Shown here: positions 1-9,576 of the stretch, in pieces | How the letters are laid out: every line of letters begins with the position of its first letter | Position numbering within the stretch: the first letter of the stretch is position 1 | DNA from: an uncultured virus (IMG/VR IMGVR_UViG_3300033388_001337) | Taxonomy: Duplodnaviria; Heunggongvirae; Uroviricota; Caudoviricetes; Crassvirales | Reading direction: 5' to 3' (one strand) | Length of the DNA: 64,000 nt | IMG/VR virus record: IMGVR_UViG_3300033388_001337 | The notes under the pieces: model-generated | The model's database searches: none | What the model saw: only the letters and a program-made list of their open reading frames with translations | What the model was told of the DNA's origin: nothing | Translations under genes and position numbers: made by a program

Positions 1-564
1 GATATTATATTTAAAGGAGTTGATAATAATTCTACTATTACCTCTTTAACCTTAGATATGTCAAATGCTGGAGCAGCTACTTTTGCTGACAGCATTTCAG
101 TTCAAGGTGACGCAATTAATTTATCAACTGATACGCTTATTGAGTATGGGTTAAGCTCTGGTATAGATTACAATATTGGTGCGCCAGTCTCAGGAACAAA
201 TGCAAGGGGAGAAAGAATCTCAATGTATACCACTACAGGTATGACAGCAGGCGATTTATATGTTACAAGTGATTTTGCAGCCGCTTGGACTCCTGCTAAT
301 AATACAGATGATGACACTAAAAACATGATAGTTGTAGCTATCGGTGCTTCAAGTTCAACAGACCAGGTTTTATTAAGGGGTATATTTAGAAAAGCATCTC
401 ATGGATTTACAACAGGACAACCATTGTATGTGGGTTCAACTGATGGTCAATTTACAGCCACTTGCCCAACAGCTTCAGGAAGCTTTGCTAGAGTTGTAGG
501 ATATGCTGTAAACTCAAATGAAATATATTTTTGTCCAGACAATACTTGGGTAGAAATTAGTTAA
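1..564 (+). CDS. C-terminal part of tail fibre/virion appendage protein (open at window start)
   Basis: Frame of ORF 58..564 is open back to base 1 (DIIFKGVDNNSTITSLTLDMSNAGAATF); ends in 'VVGYAVNSNEIYFCPDNTWVEI', a C-terminus typical of phage appendage proteins. Confidence 0.6.
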   Translation, partial: DIIFKGVDNNSTITSLTLDMSNAGAATFADSISVQGDAINLSTDTLIEYGLSSGIDYNIGAPVSGTNARGERISMYTTTGMTAGDLYVTSDFAAAWTPANNTDDDTKNMIVVAIGASSSTDQVLLRGIFRKASHGFTTGQPLYVGSTDGQFTATCPTASGSFARVVGYAVNSNEIYFCPDNTWVEIS

Positions 565-569
565 TTCTT

Positions 570-1133
570 ATGGCTTATAAAGATAAAAATTTAGTATTTA
601 CAGCCGACTCTATTTACTTTGATTATGATGGTGAAAAGGAGTTTGTAATGATGGAATGGGAAAGACCTTTAATGGAAAAACACGCCAACTATGTTTGTGA
701 AAATGGAGGAGATATTTTAGAGATAGGTTTTGGTATGGGAATAAGCGCTGATTATATACAAGCAAATAACATAAACTCTCACACTATTGTAGAAATTCAT
801 CCTGATATTTTAAACAAAGCTTATGAATGGGCTGAAGGAAAATCAAACATTAATATAATAGCTGGGGACTGGTATAATTCTTTAGATGTATTGTCAACTT
901 ATGACGGTATTTTTTTAGACACTTTTGGTGATGATAATATTGATAAATTTAACAACCACATAAACTCTTTAGCTAAATCAGGATGTAAAATTAGTTGGTG
1001 GAATAATTCCAGAAAACCTAATAATAATACTTTAAATATAGAGGGGGTTACATATGAAGAGGTAAATGTAACACCTCCGTTAAATGGATATTTTGACCAA
1101 TCAGTTTATTATTTACCTAAAAAACAAATATAA
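570..1133 (+). CDS. Class I SAM-dependent methyltransferase, GAMT/RMT2-like
   Basis: Motifs VMMEWERPLM, ILEIGFGMGISA (SAM motif I), HTIVEIHP, YDGIFLDTF. Confidence 0.8.
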   Translation: MAYKDKNLVFTADSIYFDYDGEKEFVMMEWERPLMEKHANYVCENGGDILEIGFGMGISADYIQANNINSHTIVEIHPDILNKAYEWAEGKSNINIIAGDWYNSLDVLSTYDGIFLDTFGDDNIDKFNNHINSLAKSGCKISWWNNSRKPNNNTLNIEGVTYEEVNVTPPLNGYFDQSVYYLPKKQI

Positions 1134-1832
1134 ATGGCTACTACTACTATATATGCAAGCTCAAACACTAACGGTAGAGGAATCGTAGCTGTTGCTAATA
1201 GTGATTGGGATGATGCGATAAACGCAACCTCGGGAAGTGTTCAGTCATCTACATCAAATAATTTTGCTATTAGAGCTGGAGCTGTAACAGGAAGGGGTGG
1301 AACAGACTATAGGGTTTGGCGTTCTTTTGCTTATTTTGATTTATCTTCAATCACAACAACAATTACTGCTGCAACTGTAAAAGTACAAGGATCAGGAAGT
1401 ATTAACAATGGAGGTACTGCGAAAATGTATGCAAGTACAGCATTCGGAAACAATGGTACTGCTTTAGCTGGTTCAGATTTTGATAACGTATCAAGCACCT
1501 TATATTCAGCTACTTCTTTTAATGAAATAACTTGGAATAAAAGCGGGCAAAATTCATTTGTAGTAAACGCAACAGGTATTTCTGCTATGAACACAAACGG
1601 TATACTAAACGTTTGTTTTCGAAATGACATGGATGTAGACGAAGAAGAGCCAGAGTCTGATCATTATTTAGGAATTAATTTTGGTACAAGTACTCAGAGT
1701 TTTAGAATACAAGTTGTTATTACTCATAATGATCCAGGATATGGGAATAAGGTTATCGATGTAGCCGCTTCTTCAATAGGCGAAATAAACGAAGTGCCGA
1801 CAGCTAATATTGAGAAAGTAATAGACGCATAG
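1134..1832 (+). CDS. Putative virion/tail-associated protein
   Basis: 232 aa, Ser/Thr/Asn-rich, 'RSFAYFDLSSI..TITAAT' beta-rich motif; located in the tail fibre block. Confidence 0.5.
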   Translation: MATTTIYASSNTNGRGIVAVANSDWDDAINATSGSVQSSTSNNFAIRAGAVTGRGGTDYRVWRSFAYFDLSSITTTITAATVKVQGSGSINNGGTAKMYASTAFGNNGTALAGSDFDNVSSTLYSATSFNEITWNKSGQNSFVVNATGISAMNTNGILNVCFRNDMDVDEEEPESDHYLGINFGTSTQSFRIQVVITHNDPGYGNKVIDVAASSIGEINEVPTANIEKVIDA

Positions 1833-1850
1833 CAATTCAAAAAAAATAAC

Positions 1851-1858
1851 TATCTTTG
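1851..1858 (+). promoter_or_regulatory. Bacteroidota-type -7 promoter element (TATCTTTG)
   Basis: Matches TAnnTTTG in an intergenic gap 26 nt upstream of ORF 1885. Confidence 0.65.
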
Positions 1859-1884
1859 TTTACTAATTAATAAAATATAATATA

Positions 1885-2157
1885 ATGAAAAAATTAACAC
1901 AAGAAGAGTTAACATCAGTAACTGAAATCCACAACCAGTACACAAAAGCTAAAATAGACTTAGGTGACCACGTTTTACAAAGAAGAGCTTTGTTACAAAA
2001 CATAGACAGATTAAAAGAAGAGTTTGCAAAAGTTGAAGCTGGTTTAATTGAAAAGTACGGTAAAGATTCAATGATTGATTTAGCATCTGGAGACGTAAAA
2101 TCCGCAGAAGAAGTAGCGGCTGAAAAAGAAAAAGTTGAAAACCTAACAAAAGCGTAA
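1885..2157 (+). CDS. Hypothetical coiled-coil protein
   Basis: 90 aa ORF with 'LIEKYGKDSMIDLASG' motif; follows a promoter. Confidence 0.7.
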   Translation: MKKLTQEELTSVTEIHNQYTKAKIDLGDHVLQRRALLQNIDRLKEEFAKVEAGLIEKYGKDSMIDLASGDVKSAEEVAAEKEKVENLTKA

Positions 2158-2678
2158 TGTCAAAAATAAGTAATCAATCAGCATATCCTGCCTTAAATAA
2201 TCCTCATTTAGATGACTATTTAGTTATCACGGATTTTGATAATAAATTAAAAACTAAAACCGTTAGTTTAAATACAATAAAAAATTTATTTCAGGTAAGC
2301 TATAATGATATTACTATTGAAATTAGTGCGGCAGAATTAAAAGCATTATTAGGTACTCCTAAAGAATTAATCCCAGCGCCAGGCGCAGGAAAAGTTTTAG
2401 AAGTATTTAGTGTGTTTGTTTATATGGATGTAGGGCTTACAGCTTTTGATTTTGGAGACCCAGTGCAAGTAAAGCAAGGAGTGTCGGTATGGGCTGATGT
2501 GCCTACTTCTGTAATGAATTCAGTTACGGACTCAGCTGCTCATTTTTCTAAAACTTCACTTAACTGTCCTATCAACACATCTATTGTTTTTCAAGCACAA
2601 AGCTCTAATGCTACAGTAGGTAACGGTATTTGTAAAATTAATATACGTTACAGAACAATAGACCTTCAATCATTCTAA
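2157..2678 (+). CDS. Hypothetical (possible virion) protein
   Basis: 173 aa, translationally coupled to the previous ORF (TAATG). Confidence 0.6.
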   Translation: MSKISNQSAYPALNNPHLDDYLVITDFDNKLKTKTVSLNTIKNLFQVSYNDITIEISAAELKALLGTPKELIPAPGAGKVLEVFSVFVYMDVGLTAFDFGDPVQVKQGVSVWADVPTSVMNSVTDSAAHFSKTSLNCPINTSIVFQAQSSNATVGNGICKINIRYRTIDLQSF

Positions 2679-2679
2679 C

Positions 2680-2904
2680 ATGGTTATAAGAAAAATTTCT
2701 ATAGGCGCTGATTATAAGTCAGGAGCAATGCACTATATAGTTGGCCAAGAAGTTTTGGGAGGAAGCTATAAAATTCACTTAATACAGCATGATGAAAAAG
2801 CTAAGTCATATCAAATATGGGTAGACAAAAAATCAGAGATTTTGCTGTGGAAAGAATTTAAAACAACACTGCCTATTTCGCTTGAGTATAATATAAACTT
2901 TTAA
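2680..2904 (+). CDS. Hypothetical protein
   Basis: 74 aa, 'IRKISIGADYKSGAMHYIVGQ', tightly packed. Confidence 0.7.
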   Translation: MVIRKISIGADYKSGAMHYIVGQEVLGGSYKIHLIQHDEKAKSYQIWVDKKSEILLWKEFKTTLPISLEYNINF

Positions 2905-3473
2905 TGAAATCTCCACATTCTTTTATTGTAAGACCTATTGGAAATAGAAGATACGATAATATAAAAAAGATTGGTAGTATAGATTTTATTACCAGCACAT
3001 CTGAGGAAGACCATACAGTTTCAAACAGATATGCAGAGGTTGTAGAAACTCCTATTAATTACACAGGGGAAGTAAAAAAAGGAGACACTCTTTTAGTACA
3101 CCATAATGTTTTTAAATTTTATAATGACATGTATGGTAAAAGAAAAAGCGGTAAAAGTTTTTTTAAAGAAGATTTATTCTTTATTGATCCTGATCAGTTT
3201 TTTTTATTTAAAAGAGGTGATAAGTGGCATGGGTATGATAAATATTGTTTTGTAAAACCTGGCAAGGTAAGAGATAGTTTTTTGAAAAAATCAGGAACTG
3301 TTGAGCCTTTAATTGGAACTTTAATTTACTCTAATGCTCAACTTAAAAAGAAAGGTCTCAAAGAAGGAGATGTTGTTTCTTATCAACCAGATTCTGAATA
3401 TGCATTTAAGGTAGATGGAGAGACTTTGTACAGGATGTTTACAAACAATATAACTCTTAAATTAAATGGATAG
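2904..3473 (+). CDS. GroES-like co-chaperonin (two-domain, phage type)
   Basis: Two GroES-like beta modules ('FIVRP...AEVVETP...VKKGDTLLVHHN' and 'CFVKP...LKEGDVVSY...YAFKVDGETLYRM'); just upstream of terminase. Confidence 0.55.
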   Translation: MKSPHSFIVRPIGNRRYDNIKKIGSIDFITSTSEEDHTVSNRYAEVVETPINYTGEVKKGDTLLVHHNVFKFYNDMYGKRKSGKSFFKEDLFFIDPDQFFLFKRGDKWHGYDKYCFVKPGKVRDSFLKKSGTVEPLIGTLIYSNAQLKKKGLKEGDVVSYQPDSEYAFKVDGETLYRMFTNNITLKLNG

Positions 3474-3741
3474 CAAAAGTATAAAACTACAAATTATAAA
3501 CGCAGGGGAACAAGCTGTAAATCAGCTTATTAAAGTTGCAAAAGAAGATATAATTAAATATGACAAAGATGACGAGTTGGCAGCTGACAGATTAAAAAAT
3601 GCAGCAGCTACTAAAAAACTAGCTATATTTGATGCTTTTGAAATTTTACAAAGAATTGAAGAAGAAAGAGATATTTTGAATGGAGTAGAAAAAACAACAA
3701 CTAACACCCCTAAAGGATTTGCAGAATCAAGATCAAAATAA
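3466..3741 (+). CDS. Hypothetical protein, possible terminase small subunit
   Basis: 91 aa helical protein overlapping the start of the large terminase; function inferred from position only. Confidence 0.45.
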   Translation: MDSKSIKLQIINAGEQAVNQLIKVAKEDIIKYDKDDELAADRLKNAAATKKLAIFDAFEILQRIEEERDILNGVEKTTTNTPKGFAESRSK

Positions 3742-5959
3742 ACTATATCGAATTGTAAACAAGAAAGTTCCTAAATCTGTTATAGCTACAAAAAACAGAG
3801 CAAGAAGCTGGCAGTATGGGTATAATGAAAAATACGATATAGTTGTAATTTCTAAAGACGGAACAATAGGGGATATTTACAATATTAATAATTTACTTAT
3901 TGCTTTACCCTCCACTCCTAAACTAAATTCTGAGTTAAAAAAACAAGACCAATACTGGAAGTCTTTTGACATCCCAAAAGAAATTAAAAAACTTCAAACT
4001 ATATTTCACTGGCATCAAACCCCTCCTCACTTTAAATCTAAATGGGTTGATTTTATAGAAAAAGAATTTGATAAAAGAGAGCAAGGACACTGGTTTTTGA
4101 ATAATGGAACACCTACATATATTACAGGAACACATTATATGTATTTACAGTGGACAAAAATAGACGTAGGTCATCCAGATTTTAGAGAAGCAAATAGGAT
4201 ATTTTATATATTTTGGGAAGCATGTAAGGCTGACTCCAGAAGCTTTGGCATGTGTTATTTAAAAATAAGACGTTCTGGGTTTTCTTTTATGAGTTCATGT
4301 GAAGGGGTAAATCAAGCTACTATTACTAAAGATGCACGTATAGGTATACTTTCTAAAACAGGTGCTGATGCAAAAAAAATGTTTACCGATAAAGTTGTAC
4401 CAATATCTAACAACTACCCTTTCTTTTTTAAACCTATACAAGATGGTATGGATAAACCTAAAACCGAACTAGCATACCGTGTTCCCGCATCTAAGATTAC
4501 TAAAAAAAATATGTATGAAACTAATGATGAAGAATTAGAAGGATTAGATACTACTATAGACTGGAAGAACACTTCTGACAACTCTTATGACGGTGAGAAA
4601 CTTCAATACTTATTACATGATGAAAGTGGTAAATGGGAAAGACCAGAAAACATTTTAAATAACTGGCGTGTAACTAAAACGTGTTTACGTTTAGGAAGTA
4701 AGATAATAGGAAAATGCATGATGGGTTCTACTTCAAACGCTTTAGACAAAGGAGGAGCAAACTTTAAAAAACTTTATGAAGACTCTGATTGTTTAAAAAG
4801 AAACGCAAACGGACAAACTAAATCTGGACTATATAATTTATTTATACCAATGGAGTGGAACTTTGAAGGGTATATAGATAAATATGGAATGCCTGTATTA
4901 CATACACCTAAACAACCAGTTGAAGGAATAGATGGTGAGCCTATAAAACTTGGAGCAATAGATTATTGGAAAAATGAAGTAGAGTCTTTATCACAAGATG
5001 CTGATGCTTTAAACGAATTTTACAGACAGTTTCCTAGAACAGAATCACATGCATTTAGAGATGAAAGCAAACAATCTTTGTTTAATTTAACTAAAATTTA
5101 CCAGCAAATAGATTATAACGATTCATTAATAAAAGAACATTTTATAACTCAAGGATCATTTCACTGGCGTGATGGAGTTAAAGATTCTACAGTTGTGTGG
5201 AGTCCGAATAGAAATGGAAGATTTTTTGTAACTTGGCTACCAAGAAAAGATTTACAAAACAGAATAATAACTAGAAACGGAAGAAAGTATCCTGGAAACG
5301 AACATCTTGGTTCTTTTGGATGTGACTCGTATGATATTTCTGGTGTTGTTGTAGGAAAAGGTTCTAACGGATCTTTACACGGAATGACTAAATTTAGTAT
5401 GGAAGAAACACCTAACAATCATTTCTTTTTAGAATATATAGCTCGACCACAAACTGCTGAAATATTTTTTGAAGAAGTTTTAATGGCTTGTGTGTTTTAT
5501 GGTATGCCAATATTGGCTGAGAACAATAAACCTCGTTTATTATATCATTTTAAAAATCGTGGCTATAGAGGATTTTGTATGAATAGAGTAGATAAAAGAT
5601 TAAATAAGTTATCAAAAACTGAGCGTGAGTTAGGAGGTATACCTAATTCTTCTGAAGATGTAAAACAATCACATGCTTCAGCGATAGAGTCGTATATAGA
5701 AAAACATATAGGCCTTGATTTAACAGGTGAATATAGAGATAAAGAAGATATGGGTGAAATGTATTTTCAACGTACATTAGAAGATTGGGCTAAATTTGAC
5801 ATAAGTAATAGAACTAAATTTGATGCGTCCATCAGCTCTGGTTTAGCTATAATGGCTAATCAGAAGCACTTATATACACCGACTAAAGAAAAATCAAAAA
5901 TAAGCGTTAACTTTGCACGATACAACAACTCAAGCTCTTACAGTCAATTAATAAAGTAA
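3719..5959 (+). CDS. terL: Terminase large subunit
   Basis: Walker A-like LKIRRSGFS, Walker B LLHDESGK, motif III MGST, RNase H-like nuclease FGCDSYD / ILAENNK / KFDASISSGLA. Confidence 0.92.
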   Translation: MQNQDQNKLYRIVNKKVPKSVIATKNRARSWQYGYNEKYDIVVISKDGTIGDIYNINNLLIALPSTPKLNSELKKQDQYWKSFDIPKEIKKLQTIFHWHQTPPHFKSKWVDFIEKEFDKREQGHWFLNNGTPTYITGTHYMYLQWTKIDVGHPDFREANRIFYIFWEACKADSRSFGMCYLKIRRSGFSFMSSCEGVNQATITKDARIGILSKTGADAKKMFTDKVVPISNNYPFFFKPIQDGMDKPKTELAYRVPASKITKKNMYETNDEELEGLDTTIDWKNTSDNSYDGEKLQYLLHDESGKWERPENILNNWRVTKTCLRLGSKIIGKCMMGSTSNALDKGGANFKKLYEDSDCLKRNANGQTKSGLYNLFIPMEWNFEGYIDKYGMPVLHTPKQPVEGIDGEPIKLGAIDYWKNEVESLSQDADALNEFYRQFPRTESHAFRDESKQSLFNLTKIYQQIDYNDSLIKEHFITQGSFHWRDGVKDSTVVWSPNRNGRFFVTWLPRKDLQNRIITRNGRKYPGNEHLGSFGCDSYDISGVVVGKGSNGSLHGMTKFSMEETPNNHFFLEYIARPQTAEIFFEEVLMACVFYGMPILAENNKPRLLYHFKNRGYRGFCMNRVDKRLNKLSKTERELGGIPNSSEDVKQSHASAIESYIEKHIGLDLTGEYRDKEDMGEMYFQRTLEDWAKFDISNRTKFDASISSGLAIMANQKHLYTPTKEKSKISVNFARYNNSSSYSQLIK

Positions 5960-8395
5960 ATGAAAGAAGTTAAAATAAATATTAAGTCCGCTGTATTTCC
6001 AGATCAATTCGCTTCAGATGCGCAGAAAAAAACAGAAGAATTTGGATTACAGGTAGGACAAGCTATACAATACGAGTGGTTTAGAAAAGATGGTGGGAGC
6101 TGTAGGTTTTATGACCAATGGACTGCTTTTAATAGATTAAGATTATATTCGAGAGGAGAACAATCTATAGCTAAATACAAAAATGAATTAGCTGTAGATG
6201 GAGATTTGAGTTATTTAAATTTAGACTGGACTCCTATTTCGGTTATACCAAAGTTTGTAGACATAGTTGTAAACGGAATGTCGGACAGATTATTTAAAGT
6301 AAAAGCGTATGCGCAAGACGCTATGTCTGCCGAAAAAAGAAACAAATTTCAAAACATGATAGAAGGACAAATGATTGCTCGTCCTTTATTAAGACAAATA
6401 ACAGAAGATTTTGGAGTAGATGTATTTAGTGTTCCTGAAGAAACTTTACCTAATGATGATCAGGAGCTGGAACTATACATGAATTTAAAATATAAACCAG
6501 CTATAGAGATAGCTGAAGAAGAAGCTATAAATACTTTGTTAGCCGAAAATCATTATGAAGATTTAAGAAAAAGAGTAGATTTAGATTTAATGGTGTTAGG
6601 TGTAGGAATGACTAAACACCAATTTTTATTAGGTCAAGGGGTAACGGTTGATTATGTTGATCCAGCTAATGTTGTTTATAGCTACACAGAAGACCCTTAT
6701 TTTAAAGACTGTTTTTATTGGGGTGAAATAAAAACTATACCTATAACTGAGCTAGTTAAGATTGACCCAGATATCACAAATGAACAAATGCAAGAGATAT
6801 CTAAATACAGTCAATCGTGGTATGACTATTTTAATGTAGCGCAAATGTATGAGAACAGTATGTTTGCAAAAGACACATGCACATTATTATATTTTAATTA
6901 TAAAACAACAAATACTTTTGTTTACAAAAAGAAAGAAATAAGCGAAGGAGTATATAAGACTGTAGAAAAAGACGATCAATTTAATCCGCCAGAAGAAATG
7001 ATGTCGGAAGGAAAGTTTGAAAAAGTAGAGAAAAGAATAGATGTATGGTATGAAGGTATAATGGTTATGGGTACTAACATTATTTTAAAATGGGAGATGA
7101 TGGAGAATATGGTAAGACCTAATTCTGCAAACCAATACGCTTTACCAAATTATGTTGCTTGCGCACCAAGAATGTATAAAGGAAACATTGAATCTCTTGT
7201 AAGAAGAATGATTCCTTTTGCTGACTTAATACAAATGACTCATTTAAAAATTCAACAAGTCGTAGCAAGAGTAGTTCCTGATGGTGTATTTATAGATGCT
7301 GACGGATTAAACGAAGTTGATTTAGGAACAGGCAACGCTTATAATCCAGAGGATGCCTTAAGACTGTACTTCCAAACAGGTAGTGTTGTTGGTAGAAGTT
7401 ACACTCAAGACGGAGAGTTTAACAATGCAAGAATACCTATTTCTCAACTTACTTCTAACAGCGGGCAAAGTAAAATGCAAATGCTTATAGGAAATTATAA
7501 TCATTACTTAGATATGATTAGGCAAGTAACAGGATTAAATGAAGCAAGGGATGGTTCTACACCTGATCCTAACTCTTTAGTTGGTGTTCAAAAACTAGCA
7601 GCGTTAAATTCTAATACCGCTACTAGACATATATTACAAGGTAGTTTGTATATAACTAAAACTTTAGCTGAGGCTTTAGCTATAAGAACTGCTGATATTT
7701 TACAATACTCTGATTTTAAAGATGAGTTCGCAATGCAAATTGGTAAATATAATGTAGCTATTATAGAAGAAATTAAAAATTTATACCTGCATGATTTTGG
7801 AATATTTATTGAAATGTCTCCAGATGAAGAAGAAAAAGCTATGTTAGAAGCAAATATACAAATGGCTTTATCTCAAAAAGATATTAGCTTAGAAGATGCA
7901 ATTGACATAAGAGAGATTCATAATTTAAAAATGGCGAATCAATTATTAAAAGTCAAAAGAAAAGCGAAGCAAGACGCAGAACAACAACAGCAAATGCAAC
8001 AACAACAAATGCAAGCTCAAATGCAAATGCAACAACAACAAGCTGCAGCTCAAGCTGAAATGCAAAAAGTCCAAATGGAGATGGAAGGTAAGATGCAGTT
8101 AAAACAAGCTGAGATAGGTTTCGAAATAGAAAAAATGAAAAACGAAGCTACTCTCAAGTCTCAGTTAATGGCTGAAGAGTTCCAATACAATATGCAAATA
8201 AAAGGCATGGAACAAAGCAATATGGATGCAAGAGAGCAAAACAGAGAGAAAGCAAAAGACAGAAGGATAAATCAACAATCTTCAAATCAATCTAGAATGA
8301 TTGAGCAAAGAAAAAGAAACACTCCTTCTATAAATTTTGAGTCTAACGAGGACAGTTTAGATGGATTTGATTTAGCTGAATTCGACCCTCGATAG
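5960..8395 (+). CDS. Portal protein
   Basis: 811 aa directly after terL; 'LNLDWTPISVIPKFVDIVVNG', 'IRQVTGLNEARDG', Gln-rich C-terminal coil. Confidence 0.88.
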   Translation: MKEVKINIKSAVFPDQFASDAQKKTEEFGLQVGQAIQYEWFRKDGGSCRFYDQWTAFNRLRLYSRGEQSIAKYKNELAVDGDLSYLNLDWTPISVIPKFVDIVVNGMSDRLFKVKAYAQDAMSAEKRNKFQNMIEGQMIARPLLRQITEDFGVDVFSVPEETLPNDDQELELYMNLKYKPAIEIAEEEAINTLLAENHYEDLRKRVDLDLMVLGVGMTKHQFLLGQGVTVDYVDPANVVYSYTEDPYFKDCFYWGEIKTIPITELVKIDPDITNEQMQEISKYSQSWYDYFNVAQMYENSMFAKDTCTLLYFNYKTTNTFVYKKKEISEGVYKTVEKDDQFNPPEEMMSEGKFEKVEKRIDVWYEGIMVMGTNIILKWEMMENMVRPNSANQYALPNYVACAPRMYKGNIESLVRRMIPFADLIQMTHLKIQQVVARVVPDGVFIDADGLNEVDLGTGNAYNPEDALRLYFQTGSVVGRSYTQDGEFNNARIPISQLTSNSGQSKMQMLIGNYNHYLDMIRQVTGLNEARDGSTPDPNSLVGVQKLAALNSNTATRHILQGSLYITKTLAEALAIRTADILQYSDFKDEFAMQIGKYNVAIIEEIKNLYLHDFGIFIEMSPDEEEKAMLEANIQMALSQKDISLEDAIDIREIHNLKMANQLLKVKRKAKQDAEQQQQMQQQQMQAQMQMQQQQAAAQAEMQKVQMEMEGKMQLKQAEIGFEIEKMKNEATLKSQLMAEEFQYNMQIKGMEQSNMDAREQNREKAKDRRINQQSSNQSRMIEQRKRNTPSINFESNEDSLDGFDLAEFDPR

Positions 8396-8420
8396 CTTAA
8401 ATTTATATTAAATTAAGTAT

Positions 8421-8428
8421 TAACTTTG
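8421..8428 (+). promoter_or_regulatory. Bacteroidota-type -7 promoter element (TAACTTTG)
   Basis: TAnnTTTG in the gap before the scaffold/capsid genes. Confidence 0.6.
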
Positions 8429-8444
8429 TAAAAAATTAAATAAA

Positions 8445-9551
8445 ATGGAATTAAAAGTAAAAGAAGTAAAATTCGAAGAAGAAAAATCTACTCAAGAAAT
8501 TGAGGCAAAACTATTAGACGAACACGCTAAAAAGCAAGAGGCTCAAGAAGTTACTGAAGAGCCAGTTGCTGAGGTAAAAGAAAATGTTTCTGATGTAAAA
8601 GAAGAAACACAAACTCCCGTGTCAGAGTTAAGTGACACAGATGTTCTTTCATATATTAAAGAGAGATATGATAAAAACATAAATTCAGTTGATGAATTGT
8701 TTGCTCAGAAAAAAGAAAACGAACCATTACCTGAAGATGTTGCAGCATATTTCAAATATAAAAAGGAAACTGGTCGTGGCATCGAAGACTTTTATAAATT
8801 ACAGAAAGACTACGATAACATGGACGGTGACCAACTGTTAGCTGATTATTATGGCGCTACCGAAGAAGGTTTAGACGCTATAGATATTCAAGATATGATG
8901 GAGGATAAGTTTAGCTTTGATGAAGAGATGGACGATCCAAAAGATATCAAGAAAATTAAATTAGCTAAAAAACGAGAACTTGCGAAAGCAAAAAAGTTTT
9001 TTAATGAACAGAAAGATAAATATAAAGCTCCTCTTGAGTCAAGTGGGGGTGGGTTATCTGATGAACAAGAAAAAAATCTTAATGCTTATAAAAGTTATAT
9101 AGAGGAATCTAAATCAGTTGAAGAGGCAAATAACAAAAGATACAACCACTTCTTGCAAAAAACAGACTCTGTTTTTAACGATGAATTTAAAGGTTTTAAA
9201 TTCGATGTCGGAGAGAAGTCAATTTCTTTTAAGCCTGGGACAGCTCAAGAATTAAAAAACAGACAATCTGATGTAAATATCTTTTTAGAGAAATTTATGA
9301 AAGATGGTTTGATAGCTGATGCAGAAGGATACCACAGGTCTCTTTCAATAGCAATGAACCCAGACAAATTTGCAAAATTTTTCTACGAGCAAGGGGTTGC
9401 TGCAACCGTAGATGATGTTGCTAAAAAATCTAAAAACATCAATATGGATGTAAGGCAAGCTCCAAAGTCTTTCTCAAAAGATGGGCTAAAAATAAGAGCG
9501 GTAGGAGATACATCAACTGGTAAAGGACTCAAAATTAGAAGTATTAAATAA
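8445..9551 (+). CDS. Putative capsid scaffolding protein
   Basis: 368 aa acidic coiled-coil protein between portal and major capsid gene. Confidence 0.65.
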   Translation: MELKVKEVKFEEEKSTQEIEAKLLDEHAKKQEAQEVTEEPVAEVKENVSDVKEETQTPVSELSDTDVLSYIKERYDKNINSVDELFAQKKENEPLPEDVAAYFKYKKETGRGIEDFYKLQKDYDNMDGDQLLADYYGATEEGLDAIDIQDMMEDKFSFDEEMDDPKDIKKIKLAKKRELAKAKKFFNEQKDKYKAPLESSGGGLSDEQEKNLNAYKSYIEESKSVEEANNKRYNHFLQKTDSVFNDEFKGFKFDVGEKSISFKPGTAQELKNRQSDVNIFLEKFMKDGLIADAEGYHRSLSIAMNPDKFAKFFYEQGVAATVDDVAKKSKNINMDVRQAPKSFSKDGLKIRAVGDTSTGKGLKIRSIK

Positions 9552-9576
9552 ATTATTAAAATAAAAAAAAGTAATT

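Noticed and set aside
1..15. Terminal redundancy with 63970-63984
   Set aside because: Identity is only 15 nt and the flanks diverge; it is better explained as a repeated protein motif.
7980..8045. CAA-rich repeat in the portal gene
   Set aside because: It encodes the ordinary Gln/Met-rich C-terminal coil of a portal protein.
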